Virus record (IMG/VR): IMGVR_UViG_3300021431_000034 | Location: 1-45,116 of that record | Length of the DNA: 45,116 bases | Direction: 5' to 3' (one strand) | Origin: a virus | Shown: piece after piece, positions 1 to 9,136 of the stretch | Position numbering within the stretch: the stretch's first letter is position 1 | Layout: every line of letters starts with the position of its first letter | Position numbers and translations under genes: made by a program | The notes under the pieces: model-generated | What the model saw: the letters and a program-made list of their open reading frames with translations, nothing else | Told to the model about the DNA's origin: nothing | The model's database searches: none

Positions 1-127
1 ACCGCCCAATATAGCAACCGTGTACTGGGAAGATGCTTTGTTCTGATAGAAATTATCACCAACAGGAAGTGAACTGTTTCCATTGACTTCAGAAGCAATG
101 AACAACCAGTCAAAGTCTTCACTGTAT
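1..127. repeat. Terminal redundancy, copy 1 (= 44990..45116)
   Basis: An exact 127-bp direct repeat at the two window ends. This length is typical of a k-mer overlap in a circular assembly. Confidence 0.95.
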
Positions 128-1659
128 GCAAAAGCGGAAACATAACCATTTCCACCTGCAATGGTGATTCCTGCATCCTGATATGCACCATCTTTCTTGG
201 AATCTGCAAAGGTGTGGTCTGCAATATAGACAGAACCTTCACCATAGTTGTAGATGTTGATTCCATCAATCCACTTCCAAATGTTTCCATAGGGATTTTC
301 TTCACCACGATAGGAAACAACAGTCCAACCATCAGTGGTTGTGGCAACACCAGTTGCATTTCCAAGACTGGAAGTGAAACCAGTGATTTCAGACATGTTG
401 GATGCACCATCATCAGTCTTGTTTGTGACACCAACACCAATTGCAGACTGCATGTTGAAGGTTGCATATTCCACAAGGAAAAGAAGTTCAGTTGCAGTTG
501 CTGCCTGAACCGTCAACTGTGTCCAACCTGTTCCACGCTTTGCAGCAATGGTTCTGAATCCGCTTCTTGTTGCACCACTCTGTGTCAGTCCTGAAGTAGG
601 TTTTGCACCTGCAATGGATGCAAGAAGGTCATTTGCCCAATCAACAGTCTGTGCGTCATTGATGTTGTATGCAGAAGCAGATGTGTCAAAGGTGCTTCCT
701 TCATAAGCACCAATATAAATCTTGTCCATTTCCACACCGTTTCTGACAAAAGCAGGATGAACCTTGAAACCTGATTTCTTGGTTGCAGATACATAATATC
801 TGCCCTTTCTCATGTGGACACCCTTTTCACCTTCACGCTTTTCAGTCAGAACAGGAACAACCTTGTAATAGAATTTAGGCTGTTCAACCATGACCTGCAC
901 CTTTGTTCCAACTGGATAGGTGACTTCATCAATGGTGATTGCCTGTGTCAAAGCACCTGTTTCAGAATAGCCTGCATCACCATAATAGGCAACCACAACA
1001 CCTGCATCAGTGACATTGCACCTTTTACGCTTCCAGGGGTCAAGGTCATCAAAAGATGCACCAGGGGTCAAGGAAGCTGCACCTGCAAGCCTTGTGAATT
1101 TCTTGTTTACAAAATCCACTTCAACACCATAGATGTCATCTTCAGTGTAACCAATGTATGCCTGAAGGTCATCAATCTGATTCTGTAAATCTTGAATGTC
1201 ACCGATAGTTGCAACAGCAGCAGGGTCAACAGTGACTGTGACACTGGATGCATTCTGAACAGTGGTGACAAGTTTCAGGAAGCAACCACTTGTGGACACA
1301 CCATTGTAAGGTGGCATCCAACCAGGTGTGGAAGCACCACATGCAGCATATACAATTTCACCTTCATCAGGGTCTTTTGCATGAAGTGCAATGGTTCTGA
1401 TGTAATAACCAGTAGAAAGGGAACTGTTTGTGACAGCACCTTCAACCTGCACCGCTGCATTGCTTGTCTTTGTTACCTTGGAAATTCCTGTGGTCTGCTT
1501 TACACCACCAAGGGAAGTCATTGCAAGAATCTGTGCATCAGTGTATGCAGTTTCAGACAGGGAAATTTTGGTGAACTCAATGTTCGCTGTTCCTGCCATC
1601 ATCTTTGCAATCAATGCCTGTCCTTTGTTGGTGATGACCATTGTTCTAAACTCTGCCAT
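1..1659 (-). CDS. Tail fiber / receptor-binding protein, the DGR target. This is the 5' 1659 nt of a 1776-nt ORF that wraps the junction and stops at 44873 (591 aa in total).
   Basis: I hand-translated the minus frame from ATG 1659..1657 (RBS GAAAGGCGG upstream) down to base 1 and found no stop. It joins in frame to ORF 44873..45094 through the 127-bp overlap. The N-terminus MAEFRTMVITNKGQALIAKMMAG resembles the P2 gpH-type tail-fibre collar. The C-terminal third carries NPYGNIWKWIDG and GGHWTNGADAG, which are CLec/FGE-like motifs. The gene is absent from the ORF track because it runs off the window edge. Confidence 0.85.
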   Translation of the reverse strand, partial: MAEFRTMVITNKGQALIAKMMAGTANIEFTKISLSETAYTDAQILAMTSLGGVKQTTGISKVTKTSNAAVQVEGAVTNSSLSTGYYIRTIALHAKDPDEGEIVYAACGASTPGWMPPYNGVSTSGCFLKLVTTVQNASSVTVTVDPAAVATIGDIQDLQNQIDDLQAYIGYTEDDIYGVEVDFVNKKFTRLAGAASLTPGASFDDLDPWKRKRCNVTDAGVVVAYYGDAGYSETGALTQAITIDEVTYPVGTKVQVMVEQPKFYYKVVPVLTEKREGEKGVHMRKGRYYVSATKKSGFKVHPAFVRNGVEMDKIYIGAYEGSTFDTSASAYNINDAQTVDWANDLLASIAGAKPTSGLTQSGATRSGFRTIAAKRGTGWTQLTVQAATATELLFLVEYATFNMQSAIGVGVTNKTDDGASNMSEITGFTSSLGNATGVATTTDGWTVVSYRGEENPYGNIWKWIDGINIYNYGEGSVYIADHTFADSKKDGAYQDAGITIAGGNGYVSAFAYSEDFDWLFIASEVNGNSSLPVGDNFYQNKASSQYTVAILGG

Positions 1660-1680
1660 TTTCGTTTTACCGCCTTTCTT

Positions 1681-2466
1681 TTATATGATTTCTGTGTATG
1701 CGATACCAAAACCAGTATTGGAAGCAGAATCCAACTGGATTGTACCCTTGAATGTGTCACTGACTTCAATCTGTTCTGTCATCTGATGTGCAACAAATGC
1801 ACCTGCTTCAGCTTCAGAACCAAAGATTTCACCCTGGAAGGAATCTGTCAGCATGATTTCACAAGTGCCTGAACCACTTGCAGCAGCACCTGCATCAGCA
1901 TTGAATGTCCAGTTCACCTGGTAGGAATCAGTCAGATTGAACAGGTTTGCAAATGCAAGACCTGTGGCAACAAAAGCTGTTCCTGACATCAGATATTCCA
2001 GGACATTGTTTGCAATGATTTCAATGTTTGCAGGTGGCATATATCCAAGAATGTTTTCCAGTTCATCAACCTGACCATACACATCAAGGTGTGTGGTCAG
2101 TTCCAACAGATAATTGTTCCAATCTTCATTCAGGTCAAAGTCATCACCACAAAGGGTCTGCAACTTCTGCAAGAACACCTTCCAGGTGTAAGGAACAACA
2201 TCATTCCATCTGATAAGCACCCTTGAAATTCTTGACTGAAGGGTGTCTTCAGATGTTGGTGTGATTTTCAGGATTCTTTCAAACCTTGCAATTCCGACTT
2301 CATCACAACTGATGATGTACTGATTATCTTTGATTCTTTGTGTTTCTTCCCAAGTCAGCTTGAATTCAGGATTTTCAGCAGACATAATCTGCTGCATTTC
2401 TCTGTATTCCTGGATGAACTGTGGAAGATATGCAATCAAGTTGACATCTTTGGAATAGTTAGCCAT
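1681..2466 (-). CDS. Baseplate/tail protein, XkdU / DUF2313 (YmfQ)-like
   Basis: The N-terminus has YLPQFIQEYREMQQIMSAENPEF, and the gene sits directly after the baseplate J gene. Confidence 0.7.
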   Translation of the reverse strand: MANYSKDVNLIAYLPQFIQEYREMQQIMSAENPEFKLTWEETQRIKDNQYIISCDEVGIARFERILKITPTSEDTLQSRISRVLIRWNDVVPYTWKVFLQKLQTLCGDDFDLNEDWNNYLLELTTHLDVYGQVDELENILGYMPPANIEIIANNVLEYLMSGTAFVATGLAFANLFNLTDSYQVNWTFNADAGAAASGSGTCEIMLTDSFQGEIFGSEAEAGAFVAHQMTEQIEVSDTFKGTIQLDSASNTGFGIAYTEII

Positions 2467-3523
2467 TTGTTATCACCCCCAAAACAGGGATTTCATAAGC
2501 ACCAAGTGCAAGGTTTGAAGTTGTTCCATTTATCTTGGTGTTTGACACATCAATGACACCCTGGATGTTCAGGATTCTTGTTTCAATCTGACTGATTCTG
2601 ACAACTGAAGCACTTTCATTTGCCCATGCAGTTCTGATTTCAAGAAGGTATGCTTCCATTGCAGCTTCAATCTGTGCTTTCAATCCTGTCCAGGTATAAC
2701 CTTCTTGGAAGGTGATGTGTGTGCTGATGTTGATTGTCACATTGTCAGCAGTTCTGACTGTCACTGTGTGTCCAATTGGTGCTATTCCGTAACCTTGCCC
2801 CTGTGGGTCAGGGTCAATTGCTTCCTGGACTGTATTGACCAGTGTGGAAGATGCTTTGGAATATTCACTGTTCAGAATTGTCAGCAGGACTGTTCCACCA
2901 CCATTCCAAACAGGTGTGACTTTGGTTGAACCAACACCGCTGATTGCATTGGTCTTTTCAATGTAGTCAGCAACATTTCCACCATAAGGTTTGGTGTCAA
3001 AAGTGTTGAAATATCTTTCCCTGATGGATTCATCAGATTCTTCATCTTCACCAGGAATCAGAAGTTCTGTGATTTCAATGCTTTCCAGTCCGTCAATGTA
3101 GTTTATAGGAATCAGGTTTCCAAAATACTGATTACCCTGGACACCTGCTTCTTCACACTGAACAATGTATTCACCATCCTGAACCTTGGATGTGATGACA
3201 TAGTTCAAATCATTCAGTGAAAACCTTGCACCAATTTCAAGTTCCAGTGTGGATGGTGTGCTTTCCGCTTTCAGGGATGCATTGCTTGCAGGATAGGGTG
3301 TGATTCCCCTTTCTGCTGCCCTTCTGATTAGATATTCCCTTGATGCAGTTTCTGCAAAGGTGTCACGAAGCAACTGGTCAAACTGAAGATACAAGTCCAC
3401 AAGTTCAACAGCAGCAGGTGCAAGTGCATCATAGATGATTGAACCTTCCCTTTTGTCCATAGTTTCAGGAACTCTGTCAAGCATCCTTTGAAGGATGATT
3501 TCAAATGTTACATCTTCATACAT
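2459..3523 (-). CDS. Baseplate J-like protein (XkdT-like)
   Basis: MYEDVTFEIILQRMLDRVPETMDKREGSIIYDALAPAAVEL is a typical baseplate J N-terminus. It sits in the syntenic position. Confidence 0.85.
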   Translation of the reverse strand: MYEDVTFEIILQRMLDRVPETMDKREGSIIYDALAPAAVELVDLYLQFDQLLRDTFAETASREYLIRRAAERGITPYPASNASLKAESTPSTLELEIGARFSLNDLNYVITSKVQDGEYIVQCEEAGVQGNQYFGNLIPINYIDGLESIEITELLIPGEDEESDESIRERYFNTFDTKPYGGNVADYIEKTNAISGVGSTKVTPVWNGGGTVLLTILNSEYSKASSTLVNTVQEAIDPDPQGQGYGIAPIGHTVTVRTADNVTINISTHITFQEGYTWTGLKAQIEAAMEAYLLEIRTAWANESASVVRISQIETRILNIQGVIDVSNTKINGTTSNLALGAYEIPVLGVITNG

Positions 3524-3524
3524 G

Positions 3525-3929
3525 TTATAAATTCACCGCCCTTTCTGCTTGAACATCACCAAAGATGGTGTGAACTGTAAATGTTGCAAGGACAACACCT
3601 TTCTGTGGAAAAGTGAAGTCAAAATCTGTGACTGAATTGATTCTGTCATCCTGAACCAGTGCTTCAGTGATTCTGTCAATCAGTTCAGCACAAACAAAGG
3701 AAACAGGTTCACCATAAAGGTCTTTCAGTTCAATTCCATAGTTCCAGGAATATATGATGTAGTCATATCTTTCTGTGTTCAGGATTTTGAAAACCACCTG
3801 TTTCATTGCTTCCTTTTCATCCACTGTTCCAATGATGGTCTTCCTGTCAAAGTCCATCCTATAATTCAGTGAAGGTTGCTGTTCAATTTCAATATCAGTT
3901 GACAGAATAGTGTTTGTTGAAGGAATCAT
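3525..3929 (-). CDS. Baseplate protein, XkdS / DUF2634-like
   Basis: The size (134 aa), its position between the XkdR-like and baseplate J genes, and the NYRMDF..IIG motif support the call. Confidence 0.65.
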   Translation of the reverse strand: MIPSTNTILSTDIEIEQQPSLNYRMDFDRKTIIGTVDEKEAMKQVVFKILNTERYDYIIYSWNYGIELKDLYGEPVSFVCAELIDRITEALVQDDRINSVTDFDFTFPQKGVVLATFTVHTIFGDVQAERAVNL

Positions 3930-4339
3930 GCTTTCACCACCCTATCCAACACAAGATATTCCTGACCGCCTTTTTTCCGCATCAGAACCACCTTGTCACC
4001 TTTTGCAAGGGCATTGTGAACAGTCACCTGAATCTTTCCGATTGCATGAACATGACTGGTTGTTGGTATTGGTGCAGTTCCACCGCTTTCAGGGTCACCT
4101 GTGTAATAATAATTTTTTGTGTTTCCTGCTGTGATGTAGGTCTTGAAGTCTGTGACATTCCTGGTCAAGACCAACTGTGCAGCAGTCAGTTCCATTTTCT
4201 GTTCCACCAAAATCTTCAGTGGACTTGCAGAAGTCACTGTTCCATAGCAAAAATCAGAATCCTGACCTGCTTCAACAGCTTCTTTTGCAATCTTCTTGAT
4301 TAGTTCCACAAGGTTATTTGCATCAAGCAACAAATTCAC
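3926..4339 (-). CDS. Tail/baseplate protein, XkdR / DUF2577-like
   Basis: 137 aa. It has the FCYGTVTSASPLKI..LTAAQLVL pattern typical of DUF2577 and is syntenic. Confidence 0.65.
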   Translation of the reverse strand: MNLLLDANNLVELIKKIAKEAVEAGQDSDFCYGTVTSASPLKILVEQKMELTAAQLVLTRNVTDFKTYITAGNTKNYYYTGDPESGGTAPIPTTSHVHAIGKIQVTVHNALAKGDKVVLMRKKGGQEYLVLDRVVKA

Positions 4340-5300
4340 CCCCTCTTAAAGTCAAAGTCATCAAGTGTTGTGATTCCTTGAATTCATGCTTGCATTTTTC
4401 CACAAGCATCAGATTCTTCACTTGAATGTCACCAAGGTTCAGCATCACAACCACCATTGAACCTGCCCTGACACGAACATCACCAAGGGCATTCTTGACT
4501 GACAGATTCCTGGTCTTTGCATTATAAAGGTCAAGAAGGGCATCTGCTTTTGCCTGACCATTTTCACCTTCCTTCAGTGTGTCATAATACTGAAGGACAC
4601 CCCATTGATTGATGTTTTCACCATGCTGTGCAATGTAAACTTCCCTTTTTCCAGTCTTTTCATTGTCAAAGGTAAGTTTCACCCTGTTGTATGTTTCATC
4701 ATCAATACTGGATGTGTAGTCAAAGTTTTCACCTGTTTCTTCATCAATCAGAAGGTTCAACCGCATTTCATCCAACCCCTTCAGGGTCAGCTTTCCAAAA
4801 TCATCATAAAGAACATACATGTATTTCATGTTTTGGACTGTCAGGTCAAGTGCATTTCCAATCATGTCAAACAGGGAAGTGTTGCTTTCCACCCTGGATG
4901 CAATCTTGAACTGTGTGTCTTCAATAGTTCCAATGTTCATCTGAAAGTCTGCTGCAACCATCTTGATGAATTCAGAAGCAGTCTTGTTTGTGTAAACATA
5001 GGTGTCTTTGTTCTTCAAATACCGCAATTGGTCATAAGCTGTGACCTGAATCCTTTGTTCCTTGTCACGCTTCTTCTTGAACACAAAACCATAGAACACA
5101 CCCTTTCCATTGACCTTCATCCTGACTGCATCCCCTTCAGTGAAGTTGATGACTGAATCTTTCACCAGTTTGAAGGTCAATTGTCCAGGTGCATTCTTTC
5201 TTTCTGTTGACCAGGTGATTCCTTCTTCAACAGCAGGTTGATACACCTTGTTTCCATGCTGAATCAAAAGTTCAACATCCAATTTCAAAAGAATCACCAC
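4323..5300 (-). CDS. Tail protein, XkdQ / late-control-D-like
   Basis: 325 aa. It lies between the LysM protein and the XkdR-like gene, as in PBSX-type tails. Confidence 0.65.
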   Translation of the reverse strand: MVILLKLDVELLIQHGNKVYQPAVEEGITWSTERKNAPGQLTFKLVKDSVINFTEGDAVRMKVNGKGVFYGFVFKKKRDKEQRIQVTAYDQLRYLKNKDTYVYTNKTASEFIKMVAADFQMNIGTIEDTQFKIASRVESNTSLFDMIGNALDLTVQNMKYMYVLYDDFGKLTLKGLDEMRLNLLIDEETGENFDYTSSIDDETYNRVKLTFDNEKTGKREVYIAQHGENINQWGVLQYYDTLKEGENGQAKADALLDLYNAKTRNLSVKNALGDVRVRAGSMVVVMLNLGDIQVKNLMLVEKCKHEFKESQHLMTLTLRGGEFVA

Positions 5301-5307
5301 CTTTCTG

Positions 5308-6009
5308 TTATGCAGGAATAGTCAAGACCTGTCCTGCATATATCATGCAATAGGTCACACCGCCTTTTGTGTAAGGCTTGCCACATACATTTGTGTTTGC
5401 ATTGTAGATTTTTTCCCATTGTGACCCATTTCCATAGAATTTCTTTGCTATTGACCACAAGCAATCACCGCTTTTCACTGTGTAAGTCTTGTTTTCACTC
5501 TTTGGTGCAGGACTGCTTTCTGTCTGTCTTGGTGGTGCAGGTGGTGCAATCTTTGGTTTACTGGATGCAAAGGTGATGTTGCAGGTCTTTGTTCCATAAT
5601 CTCTGTACTGCTTCAGCTTGACAGAAACCTTGATGTCAAAACCTTCCTTTGCATTGTCAGTTGGTTTGTAGTCTTCCAGTGACACCTTCATGTTGGTGTC
5701 AAAAATCATCTTTCCATCAGGAAACCTTCTGATGACCTTGAACTTGAACGGTTCTTGACTGGTCTTCAGGTTTTCAAGGTAGTCCAGGAAATAGTTTGCT
5801 TTCTTGAACCCTGACTTGTACACCGCAAAAGGATATTTCACATTAGGAAGAAGCAGGTCAAAACTGATTTCAGTCAGACCTGCTTTCTTCAGAATGTTGA
5901 TTTCACCTTCATTGATTAAAACCAAGGTTTTGTTCTTGTTGCTGATTTTCAATTGCAGCTTGTCAGGTGCAATTGGACAAAGCATTTTATCTAAATAAAC
6001 ATCATACAT
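5308..6009 (-). CDS. LysM-domain tail protein (XkdP-like)
   Basis: The C-terminal LysM motif is YTVKSGDCLWSIAKKFYGNGSQWEKIYNAN...GQVLTIPA. The gene follows the tape measure gene. Confidence 0.8.
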   Translation of the reverse strand: MYDVYLDKMLCPIAPDKLQLKISNKNKTLVLINEGEINILKKAGLTEISFDLLLPNVKYPFAVYKSGFKKANYFLDYLENLKTSQEPFKFKVIRRFPDGKMIFDTNMKVSLEDYKPTDNAKEGFDIKVSVKLKQYRDYGTKTCNITFASSKPKIAPPAPPRQTESSPAPKSENKTYTVKSGDCLWSIAKKFYGNGSQWEKIYNANTNVCGKPYTKGGVTYCMIYAGQVLTIPA

Positions 6010-8876
6010 TATACATGCACCCCTTCCGCTGCAACTTCCATTGCTTCCTGAACACCGCTTGCAAGGTAGTCAATCATTCCATCAAGGTCAACATCACTGT
6101 TCACTGTGTTATTGTTTGTCATATCCACATGAATTTCAGCAGTGGTGAACCTGTTGATGACATCCCTTTCAGCAATGTCACGAAGGTATTTCAAATCTTC
6201 ATCTGTGATGTCCAGTGCATCAGCAGTTCTTGCAGTGTTGCCTGCTGTGTCAGCAATATTGGAAGGAATCTGACTTCCGTCATATCCTGCCATATCATAA
6301 CCGCCACCAAGCAGGTCATTCATTGCACCGCCTACATCAAGACCACCAAAGAAGTCTGAAACTTTACCTGCTACACCGTCACCCCATTCAGCACCTGCAC
6401 TGAATGCATCAGATGCCCAACCATCCTGGAAGGTGTCAAATGTATTAAACCCTTCAGAAAAAGCACCACCCATGTCTGCATAGTCAGTTCTGTATTGATA
6501 GGTGGACATTCCTTCTGCAAAAGCATCTGCAAGACTGACAAAATCTTCCCTGGAATCATAAGCAGCAGCACTTTGCTGTGCATATTCAGCAGCAGCACTT
6601 GTTATACCTGAATAATCAAATTCCACAAAGGGAAGTGCATTCAGTGCTTCTGCAATACCTGCAATGACATTCAGGATGTCAGAAAGAAGTCCATACCACC
6701 AACCAGTGACACTTGCAATGACATTGTGGAATGCAATTCCAATGTTTTCACACACTGCACCGATTGCAGACCATATTCCAAGTGCTATGTTTGCCACAAG
6801 CATTCCAAAATTCTGAAATGCTATACCAATGTTTGTGATTCCTGCCTTTATCCAGTTGAACACACCAATTGCAATGTTTGCTATGGACAGGGCAACATTC
6901 TTGAAGAATGCACCCACTGTGAAAATACCGCCCATGATGACACCAAAAGCAGTATTTGCAACACCTGTGGTGTTTGCAATCCACTGACACACTGCAATAA
7001 TCAGTGCAATCAGAACAATGATTGCAAGAATTATCCAAGTGATAGGACAAGCTGCAAGTGCAGCATTCAGACCCCACTGTGCAGCGGTTTCTGCAAAGGT
7101 TGCCCCTGTTGCCATCATTTGTGCAGCACCCTTTATTGCTTCAGATGCAGCCATGATTCCATTGATGACATTCACCGCTGTGGACACCGCAAGGTAAAGA
7201 CCAAGTGCAGTGACAATTCCCATGATGATTGGTTCAATGACTGACCAGTTTTCCTGGAAGAACGCTGCAACCTGACCTGCAAATTCCATGATGTCAAGAA
7301 GCATGATTGCCATGACTGACAATCCATCCATGACACCAACCAACATCTGCTGAAATTCAGCATTGTTTGCAAGCTGATTTATTTTGTCCAAAACAGGTTG
7401 GAAACGCATCAAAGCAGTGTTTGTCATAGCTGTCCACACCTGATTCCAGGTTCTTGGCATCTGACCAAACTTTTCATTGATGTCATCAGCAGAAGCAAAG
7501 ATTGCTGCCTTGACAATATCCGCTGACAACTGTCCTTCCTGTGCCATTGCACGAATCTGACCAATAGGAACATCCATATAGTCTGCAATGGACTGAATCA
7601 GGTTAGGTGCTTGTTCAAAGATGGAATTCAGTTCATCACCACGAAGAACACCGCTTCCTAAAGCCTGTGACAACTGAAGCATTGCATTTGATGCTTCAGC
7701 AGTTGAAGCACCTGCAATGGTCATCTGTTTCTGAATCAGGTTTGCAAAAGCAACCACTTCTTCCTGACTGGAAAAAGCATCCCTTGCATTATTACCAAAC
7801 TTTGCAACAACAGTTGCCATGTCACCAAAAGAACCCCTTGCATCCTGTGCAGCAGAATACACAAGATTCACCAGGTCATCTGTCTTCATGACAGTTCCGT
7901 TGATTTCATTGAATGCTTCATTCATCATGTTCAGTCTTGCAGTGGTCATTGTCAGTTCATCTGACATGTCCAGTGCTTTCTTGACAGTCTGAATGGAAAC
8001 ATAAGCAGTGATGACACCTTTGATGGTGTTCATCAGGTCATTGGACTGGTTCACACCTTGCTGAATAGCCTGATTGAACTGCCCCTGTTCGTTTGTATTA
8101 TCCCTGATATATCTTTCTGTATTTCCAACAGTTCTTGACAACTGCAAGTAAGCAGCATTTGCCCTTTCAGCATCCATATTGTCCAATGCTGAATTCAGTT
8201 CATTCTGTGCATCCACTGCCTGTGCAAGTTGTGACCGCAACTGTTCAATTTCATTGTTCACTTCATCAGTTCTTAAAGAAACAGGTGTGCTGTTCAATGC
8301 CTGGATTCTTGTCTGAACTTGCTGAATCCGCTGAACCATGTTCTGAAGGTCTTGTGTTGCACCGTCAGGAAGGATGTCCATTCCACTTGTAGTCTGCTGA
8401 ATCCTTTGCTGATTCTGAACCATTGTGTTCATCATCTGATTAGCAGAATTCAGTTCCTGTTCAAATCTTTCCACACCAGTGTTTGTGAAGACATCCAGGT
8501 TGTCAGATTCCCAATTGACAGGAACTGTGACAGGTTCAGGGTCAGGAATTATCGGTTGTGGAACAACAGGTTCAACAGGAAGTTGAACTGGTTCAGGTTG
8601 TGCCTGTGGTGCAGACTGTACTGGTTCAGCCTGAACAGCAGGTGACAAAGGTGTATTGTTCGCATTTTGAATAGCAGATTGCAGATTGTTCACCTGGTCA
8701 ACAGCTTCTTCAATTGCCTGTCTTGCATTGTCAATGGAAGCTGTGTCCATTCCTGCATCCATTGCAGAATTCATTGCTGCAAAAGCATGAACTGAAGCCT
8801 GAAGTGCTGAAACAATCATGTTCAATGGTTGTGTTGCCCTGTCATAGACTTCAATTGAAGTTGCAATGCTTGCCAT
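6009..8876 (-). CDS. Tail tape measure protein (TP901-family core)
   Basis: 955 aa. It has a coiled-coil Q/N-rich N-terminus and a core reading ASNAMLQLSQALGSGVLRGDELNSIFEQAPNLIQ. Hydrophobic glycine-rich segments are present, and it lies downstream of the chaperone. Confidence 0.9.
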   Translation of the reverse strand: MASIATSIEVYDRATQPLNMIVSALQASVHAFAAMNSAMDAGMDTASIDNARQAIEEAVDQVNNLQSAIQNANNTPLSPAVQAEPVQSAPQAQPEPVQLPVEPVVPQPIIPDPEPVTVPVNWESDNLDVFTNTGVERFEQELNSANQMMNTMVQNQQRIQQTTSGMDILPDGATQDLQNMVQRIQQVQTRIQALNSTPVSLRTDEVNNEIEQLRSQLAQAVDAQNELNSALDNMDAERANAAYLQLSRTVGNTERYIRDNTNEQGQFNQAIQQGVNQSNDLMNTIKGVITAYVSIQTVKKALDMSDELTMTTARLNMMNEAFNEINGTVMKTDDLVNLVYSAAQDARGSFGDMATVVAKFGNNARDAFSSQEEVVAFANLIQKQMTIAGASTAEASNAMLQLSQALGSGVLRGDELNSIFEQAPNLIQSIADYMDVPIGQIRAMAQEGQLSADIVKAAIFASADDINEKFGQMPRTWNQVWTAMTNTALMRFQPVLDKINQLANNAEFQQMLVGVMDGLSVMAIMLLDIMEFAGQVAAFFQENWSVIEPIIMGIVTALGLYLAVSTAVNVINGIMAASEAIKGAAQMMATGATFAETAAQWGLNAALAACPITWIILAIIVLIALIIAVCQWIANTTGVANTAFGVIMGGIFTVGAFFKNVALSIANIAIGVFNWIKAGITNIGIAFQNFGMLVANIALGIWSAIGAVCENIGIAFHNVIASVTGWWYGLLSDILNVIAGIAEALNALPFVEFDYSGITSAAAEYAQQSAAAYDSREDFVSLADAFAEGMSTYQYRTDYADMGGAFSEGFNTFDTFQDGWASDAFSAGAEWGDGVAGKVSDFFGGLDVGGAMNDLLGGGYDMAGYDGSQIPSNIADTAGNTARTADALDITDEDLKYLRDIAERDVINRFTTAEIHVDMTNNNTVNSDVDLDGMIDYLASGVQEAMEVAAEGVHV

Positions 8877-8905
8877 TCATTTTCACCTGCCTTTCTTTCA
8901 AAATG

Positions 8906-8943
8906 ATAGGGTGTGAACTGTCTGTGAACTGTTCACACCCTAT
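8906..8943 (-). other. Perfect 13-bp stem-loop between the chaperone frameshift ORF and the tape measure gene
   Basis: ATAGGGTGTGAAC (8906-8918) pairs with GTTCACACCCTAT (8931-8943) across a 12-nt loop. On the minus strand it is followed by CATTTTGAAAG and then the TMP RBS. Confidence 0.6.
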
Positions 8944-8947
8944 TGAA

Positions 8948-9136
8948 CTATTTCTTTTTACGCTTTATTTTCTTTGCTTCTTCTTTTTCATTCTGTATTC
9001 TGATGTCACAAGAAGCAATGATGAACGCTTTTTCACATTCATCCATTTCTGCAAACACTGAAGGAAGTATGTGAAGTTTCTGCAATGCAAAGTGTGCATA
9101 GTTTGCTTCAGCATCCCCTTCAGTGATTAGTTTTTT
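8948..9136 (-). CDS. -1 frameshift extension of the tail assembly chaperone (gpG/GT-like, 62 codons)
   Basis: After the slippery A_AAA_AAC site, the -1 frame stays open: KKLITEGDAEANYAHFALQKLHILPSVFAEMDECEKAFIIASCDIRIQNEKEEAKKIKRKKK, ending at TAG (8950..8948). Confidence 0.65.
   Translation of the reverse strand, partial: KKLITEGDAEANYAHFALQKLHILPSVFAEMDECEKAFIIASCDIRIQNEKEEAKKIKRKKK

Noticed and set aside
1-127. The 127-bp terminal direct repeat considered as a biological DTR or packaging terminus
   Set aside because: Its length equals a common assembler k-mer. It lies inside a coding gene and joins the reading frame perfectly. It is most simply an artefact of circular assembly.
214-1872. 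Plus-strand ORFs 214..594, 814..1188, 1192..1872 and 1430..1786
   Set aside because: They lie antisense to the continuous 591-aa tail fiber frame. Their products are Cys/Ser/Thr-rich, low-complexity and not protein-like, and no RBS is present.
8923-8936. The 13-nt palindrome GTGAAC(A/T)GTTCAC, shared by the chaperone-TMP hairpin and the attP region (40390..40402)
   Set aside because: A rough estimate gives tens of chance 13-mer matches within a 45-kb sequence when both strands are counted. The spacing does not fit a Cheo/LexA box either. This is insufficient evidence for a shared site.
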